DNA from: Rubripirellula sp.
GTDB lineage: Bacteria > Planctomycetota > Planctomycetia > Pirellulales > Pirellulaceae
Assembly (NCBI GenBank): GCA_965216875.1
Contig: OZ244207.1
Location: forward strand, 5,952,001 to 6,016,000
Direction: 5' to 3'
DNA: 64,000 nt
Part shown: one piece after another, positions 28,337 to 37,831 of the stretch
How positions within the stretch are numbered: position 1 is the stretch's first letter
How the letters are laid out: every line of letters starts with the position of its first letter
Position numbers and translations under genes: made by a program
The notes under the pieces: model-generated
Told to the model about the DNA's origin: nothing
The model's database searches: none
The model's input: the letters and a program-made list of their open reading frames with translations, nothing else

Positions 28337-30904
28337 TTATTCGATCGTGATGAACTCGTCCAAGTTCATGATCAGGTGTGCAACAACCGTCATCGCTGCA
28401 TGCCGATTCACATCAAGGTTCTGATCGCGTTCTGATTCGCCTATCGACAACAACTCGGCCGCGTCGTCGGGGTGATTGGCAAAGTGATCAGCAAAGAAAT
28501 CGAAATTGCGTTGCAAAACAGCGAGCGTCTTGTCGCTTGGTTCCCTCGCAATGGCACCTCGGTACATCGATGCGAGATTTCCAGAAACCTCCTTGCCGTT
28601 GCCCATGGTTTTACCGGCCAAGTGGCGAGCCGCTTCGATCATGGTTGGATCGTTTAACAGCACGAGCGCTTGCAGCGGTGTGTTCGTGCGGCGAACTCGA
28701 ACATTGCAAACCTCGCGGCCTCCGCCATCAAAGATCGTTTGACGCGGGGGATTCACCGCCCGTTTCCAGTAGGTGTAAAGACTCTTGCGATACAGATCGC
28801 CGCCCTTTGCCGGTCGGTATTTTGTGCCGGCGTTTGCCGCCAACGTTTCCCAGAGCCCGTCAGGCTGATAAGGTTTGACCGGCGGTCCACCAGCCTTAGG
28901 GTTCAACAGGCCACCGGCTTGAAGCGCAAGGTCGCGAATCACGAATCCGTCCGCACGATAGCGTGGCCCCCGAGCAAGAAGGCGATTCTCGGGATCTCGC
29001 TGTTGCAATTCCTTTGTTGTGCGGGACTGTTGGCAATACGTTTCGCTCGTGACAATCAGTTTGTGCAGTGCCTTGACGTCCCAACCCGATTCCATGAATT
29101 CGGCCGACAACCAGTCAAGCAAATCCGGATGGCTTGGCATGTCGCCTTGTACACCAAAGTCTTCGGTCGTCTTGACCAGGCCTGCGCCAAAATGATCCTG
29201 CCAGATTCGATTAACGATCACTCGTGCGGTGAGTGGGTTGTCGCGAGAGACAAGCCAACGGGCGAACTCGAGTCGATCTTTTGGTGCGGGCGCATCAGCA
29301 TCAACCATCAACGACGCGGGTACCGCTCGGCTCATTTTGCGTGACTTGTCTGGCGAGTTGTATTGTCCGCGATCGAGGTAATACGCAGGGATTGGATCGC
29401 CTGCCCGTTCCCGCATGACCATCACAGTGACGCGTGGACCAGTGATGGCAAACAGTTTTGACTCGGCTTTCTTGAACGCCGAGTTCGCTTGCGAATACTG
29501 AGGGTCCTTTGTCTTGAAGTGATTTCGAATTCGGTTCTTTTCGTCCTTTGACCATTTCTCCGACGGCTTGTCGATGATCTTGCGAAGCTCCTTGCTCAAG
29601 CCAGCAATCGCCTCGTCTCCTGCCGGCGCTTCTCCAGCTTCTGTCTCGTTCTTTTCGAGTTTCGCCACCACGCTTGTTAGCCACTCCTTCTCTCGAGACT
29701 CCAATCCGCGGCCCGCTTCGGCAAGTAGTTGCTCTTTGTGAAAGTAGTCCTTGCGAAGCTCTTCGGGCGGCGTCACCAAAGGTGAAAAGGCTTTCATTGT
29801 GGGGTTTGCGTAAACTCCCCTGCCCGTTCCCTTTTCGCCGATGTTATTGAAGTAACTGAAGAGTTGATAAAACTCTTGCTGACTGATCGGGTCGTACTTG
29901 TGATCGTGGCAACGTGCGCAACCCATCGTGAGCCCCAACCAAACGGTCGAAGTTGTTTCGACTCGGTCGATCACGTTCTCGACAAAGAACTCGTCATCAA
30001 GTGCTCCCGACTCGGCGTTTTGTCGGTGATTGCGATTGAAGGCCGAAGCGAGACGCGTTGAATCGTTTGCATCATCGAGCATGTCGCCTGCGATCTGCTC
30101 GATCGTGAATTGATCGAACGGCATGTTTTCCATGTAGGCCTTGATGACCCAATCTCGCCAAGGCCAATTGGTTCGTTCGCTGTCGTTTTGGTAGCCGTCG
30201 GTGTCGGCAAAACGTGCTGCGTCAAGCCAGCGAAGCGCTTGACGCTCAGCATAGTTTTGCGAATCCAGCAATTCGTCGACCGCTTTCGAAAAAGCTTCTT
30301 GGCTTGGGTTTTCGAGGAAGCGATCCTGCAATTCCTTTGGCGGCAACAGGCCGGTCAAAGTCAAAGAAGCGCGGCGCAACAGAGTGGCCCAGTCGGCTCG
30401 GTGCGACCGAGTGAGGTCTTCGCGTCGCAAACGCTCGGCGACAAACGCGTCGATTGGATTGTGGTTTTGGTGGGCCTCGGAACTTACTTTTGGAACTTCT
30501 GGTCGTCTGACTCGCTGAAACGCCCAGTGGCCCGCATAGGGTGCGCCCTGCTCGATCCACAATTTCAACGTTTTCTTCTGCGCCTCGGTAAGTGACCGAT
30601 GACTGTCCACCGGTGGCATCACCTCACCTTCATCGTCACTCATCACACGACGATAGAGCTCGCTTTCTTCGGGCTTGTTCGGCACGACCCCCGCATAGCC
30701 ACCGAGGTCGGCGAACAGATTCTCTTCAGTGTCGGCTCGGAAGTCCGAGTCCTGATTCTCGGCATCGGGGCCATGGCAATGAAAACAAGCATCAGCAAGA
30801 ATCGGTCGCACATCACGTGCAAAATCGATCGCGTCCGCTGCCCAAACGGCATGACAAAGGACGCTCAGGCTGATCGCGAGTGAGGTTCGAAGCAACAAAT
30901 TCAT
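28337..30904 (-). CDS. planctomycete cytochrome c + DUF1549 + DUF1553 (PSD1) protein
   Basis: F.RDVRPIL...CFHCHGPD, WLDAARFADT.G, CARCHDHKYDP, NPLTARV.VNRIW...FG.GLV.T.EDFG, HP.LLDWL and TPLQAL.LLN motifs. Confidence 0.93.
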   Translation of the reverse strand: MNLLLRTSLAISLSVLCHAVWAADAIDFARDVRPILADACFHCHGPDAENQDSDFRADTEENLFADLGGYAGVVPNKPEESELYRRVMSDDEGEVMPPVDSHRSLTEAQKKTLKLWIEQGAPYAGHWAFQRVRRPEVPKVSSEAHQNHNPIDAFVAERLRREDLTRSHRADWATLLRRASLTLTGLLPPKELQDRFLENPSQEAFSKAVDELLDSQNYAERQALRWLDAARFADTDGYQNDSERTNWPWRDWVIKAYMENMPFDQFTIEQIAGDMLDDANDSTRLASAFNRNHRQNAESGALDDEFFVENVIDRVETTSTVWLGLTMGCARCHDHKYDPISQQEFYQLFSYFNNIGEKGTGRGVYANPTMKAFSPLVTPPEELRKDYFHKEQLLAEAGRGLESREKEWLTSVVAKLEKNETEAGEAPAGDEAIAGLSKELRKIIDKPSEKWSKDEKNRIRNHFKTKDPQYSQANSAFKKAESKLFAITGPRVTVMVMRERAGDPIPAYYLDRGQYNSPDKSRKMSRAVPASLMVDADAPAPKDRLEFARWLVSRDNPLTARVIVNRIWQDHFGAGLVKTTEDFGVQGDMPSHPDLLDWLSAEFMESGWDVKALHKLIVTSETYCQQSRTTKELQQRDPENRLLARGPRYRADGFVIRDLALQAGGLLNPKAGGPPVKPYQPDGLWETLAANAGTKYRPAKGGDLYRKSLYTYWKRAVNPPRQTIFDGGGREVCNVRVRRTNTPLQALVLLNDPTMIEAARHLAGKTMGNGKEVSGNLASMYRGAIAREPSDKTLAVLQRNFDFFADHFANHPDDAAELLSIGESERDQNLDVNRHAAMTVVAHLIMNLDEFITIE

Positions 30905-30964
30905 CTGGCTCTACTGGTCGCAGGATGTGGGATGGCCGGACGGAGGATTGGCTGATGCGGAAAC

Positions 30965-31045
30965 ACTCCCGATCAGATCGAAACCTGCCGCCAGATTGCC
31001 GAAAAAACCGGAATTCCCGTGGCAGGTTCCGAATCGAGCGGGAGT
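30965..31045. promoter_or_regulatory. pair of outward-facing, near-identical putative ECF promoters (GGCAGGTT-N11-GGGAGT)
   Basis: The minus-strand copy at 30965-30989 reads GGCAGGTTTCGATCTGATCGGGAGT; the plus-strand copy at 31021-31045 reads GGCAGGTTCCGAATCGAGCGGGAGT. They are 20/25 identical, with all mismatches in the middle. Confidence 0.65.
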
Positions 31046-31141
31046 ATCAAGTTGCTGCAATCCCGACTTTTGCCGTAAAAAGGCGAGCGACTTTGATCTG
31101 CGTGACCATCTGAGCCAAATTGGCCATTTGAGTAGTCAGCT

Positions 31142-31666
31142 ATGAAAGATGACCGTTTTCTCTCCCTGTTTCTTCAACATGAGCGATCGCTCGCTGCATT
31201 TGCGCGAACGATGCTGCCGGACTGGGAATCGGTCGATGATGTGATTCAAAACGCGTCGGTTGCGATGTGGCGAAAGATCGACACGCTCGACAACGATGAC
31301 GAATTCATGCGTTGGGCCATCGTCGTCGTTCGCATGGAGGCGCTGAAGTATCGTCGCAGCAAAGCGCGTGACCGGCTGGTGCTTTCCGATGAGCTCGTGG
31401 ACCGCTTAACGAGCGAAGCGCAAGAAGAAAACGATCCGTCGCATGTCGCCGCCTACGCGAGCGCCTTTGATCAGTGCCTAAAGTCGTTTGCACCTGAGCA
31501 CCAAAAGCTCCTTTTATCACCTTATGTCTCGCACGGCAGCGTCAAAGAGCTTGCCAAGTCGATCGGAAGCACGGCGAACGCGCTCTACAAAAAGATTGGG
31601 CGACTGCGAGTCAAGCTTCACGACTGCGTTGAAACACGTTTGCAAACCGAGCGAGGAAGTGCCTGA
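31142..31666 (+). CDS. ECF sigma-70 factor, Rhodopirellula/Verrucomicrobium family
   Basis: F..LFL.HER.L.AF.R..LP.W..VDDV.Q......WRK...F.RWA region 2 and region-4 HTH (YKK..RLR.KL..C); 174 aa. Confidence 0.9.
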   Translation: MKDDRFLSLFLQHERSLAAFARTMLPDWESVDDVIQNASVAMWRKIDTLDNDDEFMRWAIVVVRMEALKYRRSKARDRLVLSDELVDRLTSEAQEENDPSHVAAYASAFDQCLKSFAPEHQKLLLSPYVSHGSVKELAKSIGSTANALYKKIGRLRVKLHDCVETRLQTERGSA

Positions 31667-33237
31667 TGACCGACCCAAGCAAACCAAACGCGGAAGCACT
31701 CTCCGAAAGCGAAAAGCAACTATTGATTGAGCGGTTCTTTCTTGACCAGCTCGATGCCGAAGAGATGGAACTGCTCGAATCGGTGTTGATGTCGGACCGA
31801 GAGCTCCGCGATCGGTTTCGCTCTGCCTCGTCGATCGATTCGCTATTACGTTTCCGCACAAGCGATGATTCGGTCACACCAGCGGGCTCGCCCGCAAAGA
31901 CAACACTCCGTTTGAACAAACCTTGGCTCGTCGTTGCGGTCGCGGTACTTGCTGCGTCGCTCTTGATCGCATTCACCTTCTTCAATTCGGCTGGCCAAGA
32001 TGACCGTCAAGCTGAAGTCGAACAAAACGAAGGAGCAGACGATGGCGGCCCACCACCGATCGCGCCGCCGACCCAATTAGCCCAGTTCGTTGTGGAAAAG
32101 GACTTGATCGTCAACGGTTCCGCCCCCGATGCAACTCTCGTTTCGGGTGACTACGAGATCAGCGATGGTGAAGGAACACTGCGACTCGAAAACGGTGTCG
32201 AGATCACGATGAGTGCGCCATCCAAGTTTCGCTTGGTCGACGCAATGCGTGTGGAGTGGTTCCTGGGACGAGCTCGCGCCGTCGTGCCGCCTCAAGCGCA
32301 TGGCTTTCGCATCATCACCCCTGATGCCGAAGTCGAAGACCTAGGAACCGAATTTGGAATCTCAGTCTCGGAGGACCAATCAAGCGAAGTTCATGTCTTT
32401 GCAGGTGAAGTTCGTCTGCATATTGAAGACCAACCACCGCAACGTTTGACCGAAGACATGGCGATTCAACTCGCCGGCGGTGTTCAGCAATCGCTCGCTT
32501 CCACATCGGCTGATTCCTTCATCACAAGCAATGAGATCGGCTTTGATCGCTGGCGAGCCTCGAGTGAAGCACTCCGTTCGGATCCATCGACAATCCTCTA
32601 CTACAACTTCCAAATGGACCGCGATGACGCGACCAATCTTCCAGACCGAAGCGAACGTGGGTCGGTGAATGCGAAGATCATCGGCGGTATCGAAGCGACG
32701 GGTCGTTGGCCAGAGAAGCCCGCATTGCTTCTTGAACGCCCTGGCGATCGCGTTGAGCTTTCGATCCCGGGCGAGTTCGATCAAGTCACATTGATGACCT
32801 GGATCCAGGTCAACCGATTTGACCAACCACTGCAAACCCTGTTCAACACCTTTGACTGGGAACCAGGCGAACACCACTTCAACCTGTTGCGCAGCGGAGC
32901 GATCCGAGTCGGAATCAAGAGCGACTACGCACTCACTGGAAGCGATCGACCTCTCACGGCGGGACGTTGGACGCAATTGGTCGCCACGATCGATTCAGAC
33001 AAAGCTTCGTATTACATCAACGGCGAATTAGTCTTGGAAACGCAGCGAAATTCTGATTTGCCGATCGTATTTGGTGATTGCTCGATTGGTGCGTTTGGTT
33101 ATACGGGCGCAAACGGGACGATCGCATTCGGCCGAGAACTGCGTGGTCGCATCGACGAATTCGCCCTCTTCTCACGCGCATTTTCCGAAGGCGAGATTCG
33201 TAAGACTTATGCGTTGGGAAGTGGCTTCGGCCTCTAG
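31666..33237 (+). CDS. FecR-domain anti-sigma factor with periplasmic LamG/ConA-like jelly-roll
   Basis: Coupled to the sigma (TGATG overlap); one TM; GF.I.TP.AEV.DLGTEFG..V.....EVHVF.GEV (FecR); W.QLVAT, YINGE and G.IDEFALF.RA.S..EI (LamG_3). Confidence 0.88.
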   Translation: MTDPSKPNAEALSESEKQLLIERFFLDQLDAEEMELLESVLMSDRELRDRFRSASSIDSLLRFRTSDDSVTPAGSPAKTTLRLNKPWLVVAVAVLAASLLIAFTFFNSAGQDDRQAEVEQNEGADDGGPPPIAPPTQLAQFVVEKDLIVNGSAPDATLVSGDYEISDGEGTLRLENGVEITMSAPSKFRLVDAMRVEWFLGRARAVVPPQAHGFRIITPDAEVEDLGTEFGISVSEDQSSEVHVFAGEVRLHIEDQPPQRLTEDMAIQLAGGVQQSLASTSADSFITSNEIGFDRWRASSEALRSDPSTILYYNFQMDRDDATNLPDRSERGSVNAKIIGGIEATGRWPEKPALLLERPGDRVELSIPGEFDQVTLMTWIQVNRFDQPLQTLFNTFDWEPGEHHFNLLRSGAIRVGIKSDYALTGSDRPLTAGRWTQLVATIDSDKASYYINGELVLETQRNSDLPIVFGDCSIGAFGYTGANGTIAFGRELRGRIDEFALFSRAFSEGEIRKTYALGSGFGL

Positions 33238-33242
33238 ATGCT

Positions 33243-33553
33243 TCAAGGATCCCAATACCCTGTTGGTGGCTCGAGTCCTGACGAAGGCTGGAGCGCATGA
33301 AAGTAGTACCGATCTTCTGGTTCACGTAGCTGAATGAGTTTGCCTCCATAATTCAAACCCATGATTGGCACCGCTTCGGAAAGGAAGATCTGAAACAGGC
33401 CTGAACGCTCGTCATACTTCCGATTTGCCAACAGAACCGTTCGACTCTCTACGTCCAAATACCCTGGCCGCGTCCATGTGATGTCTTGGTCGGCAAAGAC
33501 GACTACGATTTTTGAATCGCTCCGGATTCTCTGCCGCCGCAATCGCGTCCCCA
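33243..33553 (-). CDS. hypothetical protein or gene fragment
   Basis: About 100-codon frame with globular-looking composition filling the gap between annotated genes; no motif recognised. Confidence 0.25.
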
Positions 33554-33561
33554 TCACAGAA

Positions 33562-34023
33562 TCAACAGCGTGAATACGCGACCGGCCCGGCCGCGCACCG
33601 ACTTGGTAGCATCGGCAGCGAGACGTAGTAGTAGATCCCTGCAAGCTCGATGACCAAACGGTAAAAACGACGAAGCGCGCGCGTTCTCCATCTTTTCGCA
33701 TCCAACTGGTCGGTTGCAATTCCGCGCAACGTCAATTCGCTTAACAGCATCCCCAGTAGATAGAGGGTAAAGTAGCTGAAAAGCCAAGCGAGCAGCGTTA
33801 GGAAGATCAGCTGAATGATCGGGAATCCCGATTGCGAGGTCTCCGCGATCGTTGACTCAGCACCTAAGGCGGCTTCCGTTTTTTCAGTTAATCTCGCCAG
33901 CACAACCGCTGGACGGACTGCACCCGTGAGCTCTTGATTCGCTGCAGCCCAGTCATTTGATTCCGTTCCCTGGCAGACGTGCGCCGAAACAAGGAAAAAC
34001 AAGAACGCACAAAGTACCCGCAT
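33562..34023 (-). pseudogene. probable truncated remnant of a membrane protein (resembles the TM region of TPR-M48 peptidases)
   Basis: Signal peptide, then LLAWLFS...LLG.LLS.LTLR...RALRRFYRLVI.LAGIYYYVSLP. The frame ends right after this with no HExxH domain. The resemblance is from memory only. Confidence 0.35.
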
Positions 34024-34168
34024 TGATGCCCTCAGGACCTTTCGCTTCCAAACCACCCATTATAGGTGATTCCAGTGCCCGTCGAAGGTTCACGCTCGGC
34101 CCGACGTGGAAGCCGACTCGAGCAGCAATCTCGCCCGGCACGATCGGCAACGGGTGGAGACTCGACGA

Positions 34169-34198
34169 TTGACAGAAATTTAGCAGTGGCTACACTTT
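34169..34198 (+). promoter_or_regulatory. sigma70 promoter (TTGACA-16-TACACT) with overlapping DtxR/MntR-like operator
   Basis: TTGACA at 34169-34174 and TACACT at 34191-34196. The spacer and -10 contain the imperfect palindrome AAATTTAGC-AGTG-GCTACACTT. Lies upstream of the tro operon. Confidence 0.65.
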
Positions 34199-34293
34199 CG
34201 TCAGCAAGCGGGCCTTTTTGGTTGGCCCGTTTGGACGGTCGATTTGGACGGCCATCCACTCGCGATTGCTTTTTTCGGTCGAGTTTAGAAAGA

Positions 34294-34355
34294 GTCGCCT
34301 TTTGCTCCGCAAAAGATGCGTTTGTGGACGCTACTTTCGCGGAGCGAAAGGCGAC
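34294..34355. repeat. inverted REP-like doublet, family E (GTCGCCTTT(T/C)GCTCCGC..AAG)
   Basis: gtcgccttttgctccgcaaaag ... ctttcgcggagcgaaaggcgac form an inverted pair, and each arm is itself a small hairpin. Confidence 0.75.
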
Positions 34356-34453
34356 ATGAAGAAACTCACACCCAACGAAACGACGGCGCGGAACCAAGCC
34401 TTTTGTTTCGTGATCACCACGAGCCCCTTCTTTGCCACTGTGTGGAGCACTCT

Positions 34454-35446
34454 ATGAGAAGCCTGTTGTCGCTGTTGGCCGTGATGGCATGCGTCGCGGG
34501 ATGCACGTCTTCCTCGTCAACCACTCCACCCACGGCCGAGTTTGCCGGTGACCGCCCAGTGAAGATCGTGGCAACGATCGGCATGGTCGCGGATGTTGTC
34601 CGTGAAGTGGGCGGCGAGCATGTCGACGTGTCTCAGATCTGTGGCCCCGGCGTTGACCCGCACCTCTATAAAGCGACGCGTGACGATGTCGCGTCACTGA
34701 TGTCAGCCGACATGATCTTCTACTCGGGATTGATGCTCGAGGGAAAGATGACGGACACGCTGATCAAAATGGCTCGATCGCGACCCGTCGTTGCCGTCAC
34801 CGAATCGATCGACGAATCATTGCTTCTTGAACCCGAAGACTTTGAAGGCCATTACGACCCTCACGTTTGGATGGACGTCTCAGCGTGGTCGCAATGCGTC
34901 GACGCGATTTCATCAGCGTTGTCGGAATTCGATCCAACGCATGCGTCCGTCTACGAAACAAACGCGCAAGGCTATAAAGAACAACTCGAGAAGCTGCACC
35001 AATACGGCGTTGATTCGATTGGATCGATCCCCGAAGGCAGCCGAGTCTTGGTCACTTCCCACGATGCATTCAACTATCTCGGGCGCGCCTACGGGCTCGA
35101 TGTCCAAGGCGTTCAGGGGATCTCGACGGAATCCGAGGCCGGTCTGCAGCGCGTCAGCGAACTTGTCGATATGCTGGTTGAGAAGAATGTGAAAGCGGTC
35201 TTTATCGAGAGCAGCGTACCACGCAAAAGCATCGACTCACTGATCGAAGGTGCCAAGGCAAAGGGGCACGACGTTTCAATTGGCGGCGAGCTATTCTCGG
35301 ACGCGATGGGAGCGGACGGCACTTACGAAGGGACTTACATCGGGATGCTTGACCACAACATCACGACCGTTGCGAAAGCCCTTGGCGGCGAAGCACCGCA
35401 AGAAGGTCTTGGCGGCAAGCTGACCGGTGAACACCACAGTGAGTAG
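34454..35446 (+). CDS. troA: Mn/Zn/Fe ABC transporter substrate-binding lipoprotein (TroA/MntA, cluster A-I)
   Basis: Lipobox VAGC; GVDPHLY, DPHVWMD, TSHDAF.Y and ELFSDAMG metal-ligand motifs. Start at ATG 34454 with GGAG RBS. Confidence 0.92.
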   Translation: MRSLLSLLAVMACVAGCTSSSSTTPPTAEFAGDRPVKIVATIGMVADVVREVGGEHVDVSQICGPGVDPHLYKATRDDVASLMSADMIFYSGLMLEGKMTDTLIKMARSRPVVAVTESIDESLLLEPEDFEGHYDPHVWMDVSAWSQCVDAISSALSEFDPTHASVYETNAQGYKEQLEKLHQYGVDSIGSIPEGSRVLVTSHDAFNYLGRAYGLDVQGVQGISTESEAGLQRVSELVDMLVEKNVKAVFIESSVPRKSIDSLIEGAKAKGHDVSIGGELFSDAMGADGTYEGTYIGMLDHNITTVAKALGGEAPQEGLGGKLTGEHHSE

Positions 35447-35483
35447 AGCCTGAAAGACGAGTCGGCGAGGGGAATTTCGAAAA

Positions 35484-36269
35484 GTGAATGATCAAGTCGC
35501 AAAGTATCAGCGAGCCGAGATTCCCCTTTCCGTCTATGACCTGACGGTTGCCTACGATCGCAAGCCGGTCGTCTGGGACGTTGGGTTCGACATTCCGGCC
35601 GGATCGTTGGTTGGCATTGTCGGCCCCAACGGTGCGGGAAAGAGCACACTCCTTAAGGCTGTAATGGACCTGATTCCGCGCGCGTCAGGTCGCGTCGAGG
35701 TTTTTGGCCAGCCCTATCGTTCGTGCCGCAATCGCGTCGGTTACGTTCCCCAACGAGAAAGTGTCGACTGGGACTTTCCCGTCGACGCACTTGATGTCGT
35801 CACGATGGGACTCTATCGCGAAATCGGTTGGTGCTTTCCCGTTCGCAAGAAGCACAAAGACAAGGCAATGGAGGCACTCGACCGCGTTGGTATCGCGGAC
35901 TTAGCCTTTCGCCAAATCAGCAAGCTCTCCGGTGGCCAACAACAACGCACTTTCCTTGCCCGTGCACTCGTACAGGACGCCGACCTGTACTTGATGGACG
36001 AACCCTTCGCCGCCGTTGACGCCGCGACAGAGCGAGCGATCGTCGAACTGCTTTCGGACATGAAGCAGCACGGCAAGACAGCAGTCGTGATTCATCACGA
36101 TTTGCAAACCGTTCCCGAATACTTTGACTACGTCGTGTTGTTGAACATGCGCGTCGTCGCCCATGGGCCTGTCGCCGAGACGTTCACGCAAGAGAATTTG
36201 CAAAAGACTTATGGTGGACGGCTGACGCTCCTCGATGAAGTCGCTCATGCGATGGAGCGTTCGATATGA
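35484..36269 (+). CDS. troB: metal ABC transporter ATP-binding protein
   Basis: GPNGAGKST Walker [20 protein letters not shown] signature, DEPF and HHDL; GTG start. Confidence 0.93.
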   Translation: MNDQVAKYQRAEIPLSVYDLTVAYDRKPVVWDVGFDIPAGSLVGIVGPNGAGKSTLLKAVMDLIPRASGRVEVFGQPYRSCRNRVGYVPQRESVDWDFPVDALDVVTMGLYREIGWCFPVRKKHKDKAMEALDRVGIADLAFRQISKLSGGQQQRTFLARALVQDADLYLMDEPFAAVDAATERAIVELLSDMKQHGKTAVVIHHDLQTVPEYFDYVVLLNMRVVAHGPVAETFTQENLQKTYGGRLTLLDEVAHAMERSI

Positions 36270-37831
36270 TTCGCTTCGGCGAGTTGCCTGTTCGTTGCCT
36301 GCGTCACCTGTATCGCTCGCTAGCGATTCAGATTGCGATGGCGGCGCTCCTTTGCTTGGCGGTTCCCTCGACAGGCGCCGCTGCTCCACCTTCCCATGGA
36401 TCCGACCACGCGATTCATGGCAACCGGTCGATCGCGGGCCGGTCGGCCGAACTGCCAACATGGGCCGAGCTTGTGCGTGTCCTGTCGTTGCGTGATTACA
36501 ACGTGCGTATTGTGGTGCTCGGCACCACATTGCTCGGCTGTGCGGCAGGAATGGTCGGCAGCTTCACGCTGTTGCGACGTCGAGCTTTGATGGGCGACGC
36601 GTTGAGTCACGCGACACTTCCCGGGATCGTGATCGCCTTCATCGCTGCAACGCAATTGGGCTACGACGGCAAGTCAATGATTGTGTTGCTGTCGGGGGCG
36701 ACCGTGTCGGGATTGATTGGCGTCGCCACCATCTTGGCGATTGGCCGATTGACTCGTTTGAAAGAAGACACCGCCCTCGGTGCGGTGTTGAGCGTTTTTT
36801 TTGGTGCCGGCGTTGCCCTGCTGGCAATCAGCCAGCAAATGGAAAGCGGACATTCAGCCGGCCTTGAGTCCTATATCTACGGCAAGACCGCGTCGATGGG
36901 GATGGCCGACACCCAGATGATTGCCGGTGCCGCTGGGATCTGCATTGTTTCGTGCTTGCTGCTGTTCAAAGAACTGAAGCTGCTCTGTTTTGATGACGCG
37001 TTCGCGGGCTCGCGTGGATTCCCCGTCACACGGTTGGACATGACCCTCATGGCGATGGTCGTGATCGTGACAATCGTTGGCCTGCAAGCAGTCGGGTTGA
37101 TCCTGATGATCGCGCTGCTGATCATCCCCGCAGCATCGGCCCGCTTTTGGACCGAAAGACTGAGTCGCATGTTCTTCATTTCCGGGAGCATCGGCGCCGT
37201 CAGCGGATTACTTGGGGCCGGTATGAGCGCGCTCTTTTCGCGATTGCCTTCAGGCGCGATGATCGTGCTCGTTTGCACGACGATGTTCATCATCAGTCTG
37301 ATCTTTGGATCGGCACGTGGAGTGCTCGTTCGTGCTCGCAAACGCTTGCAACTGAACCGATCCGTCGACCGGCAACACTTGCTGCGCGCCCTGTACGAAC
37401 TGCTGGAACAAGCGTTTCCCAAAAGTGAGTCAGCGGATCGTAAGAAAAAGCCCTCGGTCAGCCTCGACGCGTTGCTGCGGAAACGCAGTTGGACAAAAAA
37501 CCGATTGCTGCGTGAGGTGCGGCGGTGCCAGTCGGATGAACTGGTCGAATGGCGCGGAGATCGTCTGCGATTGACGCGGCGCGGCAAGACCGAAGCGGCA
37601 CGGTTGACGAGACAGCACCGACTTTGGGAACTCTACTTGATCACTTACGCCGAGATTGCACCAAGTCGAGTCGATCGCGCGGCCGATGACATCGAACACG
37701 TGCTTGAACCGGAAATCATCGATGAACTGGAATCGTTGCTTGCACGCGAACAAGCCTCGGTTCCCGAGAGCCCTCATGAATTGGAACGTCCCTCGGAAAC
37801 GGCCACCGAAACGCCGGGAGGTGATGGTTGA
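36266..37831 (+). CDS. troC: metal ABC permease (TroC/ABC-3) fused to a C-terminal DtxR-like domain
   Basis: [25 protein letters not shown] and VG.IL..ALLI.PA permease motifs; C-terminal wHTH-like segment plus [19 protein letters not shown]...ADDIEHVL. Confidence 0.88.
   Translation: MIRFGELPVRCLRHLYRSLAIQIAMAALLCLAVPSTGAAAPPSHGSDHAIHGNRSIAGRSAELPTWAELVRVLSLRDYNVRIVVLGTTLLGCAAGMVGSFTLLRRRALMGDALSHATLPGIVIAFIAATQLGYDGKSMIVLLSGATVSGLIGVATILAIGRLTRLKEDTALGAVLSVFFGAGVALLAISQQMESGHSAGLESYIYGKTASMGMADTQMIAGAAGICIVSCLLLFKELKLLCFDDAFAGSRGFPVTRLDMTLMAMVVIVTIVGLQAVGLILMIALLIIPAASARFWTERLSRMFFISGSIGAVSGLLGAGMSALFSRLPSGAMIVLVCTTMFIISLIFGSARGVLVRARKRLQLNRSVDRQHLLRALYELLEQAFPKSESADRKKKPSVSLDALLRKRSWTKNRLLREVRRCQSDELVEWRGDRLRLTRRGKTEAARLTRQHRLWELYLITYAEIAPSRVDRAADDIEHVLEPEIIDELESLLAREQASVPESPHELERPSETATETPGGDG

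Noticed and set aside
34200..34453. yybP-ykoY or other metal riboswitch
   Set aside because: No recognisable conserved riboswitch core; the main structure is a REP doublet. An Rfam scan is needed to exclude it fully.
34316..34453. N-terminal extension of TroA in the ORF track
   Set aside because: It begins inside the REP; the lipoprotein signal and RBS support ATG 34454.
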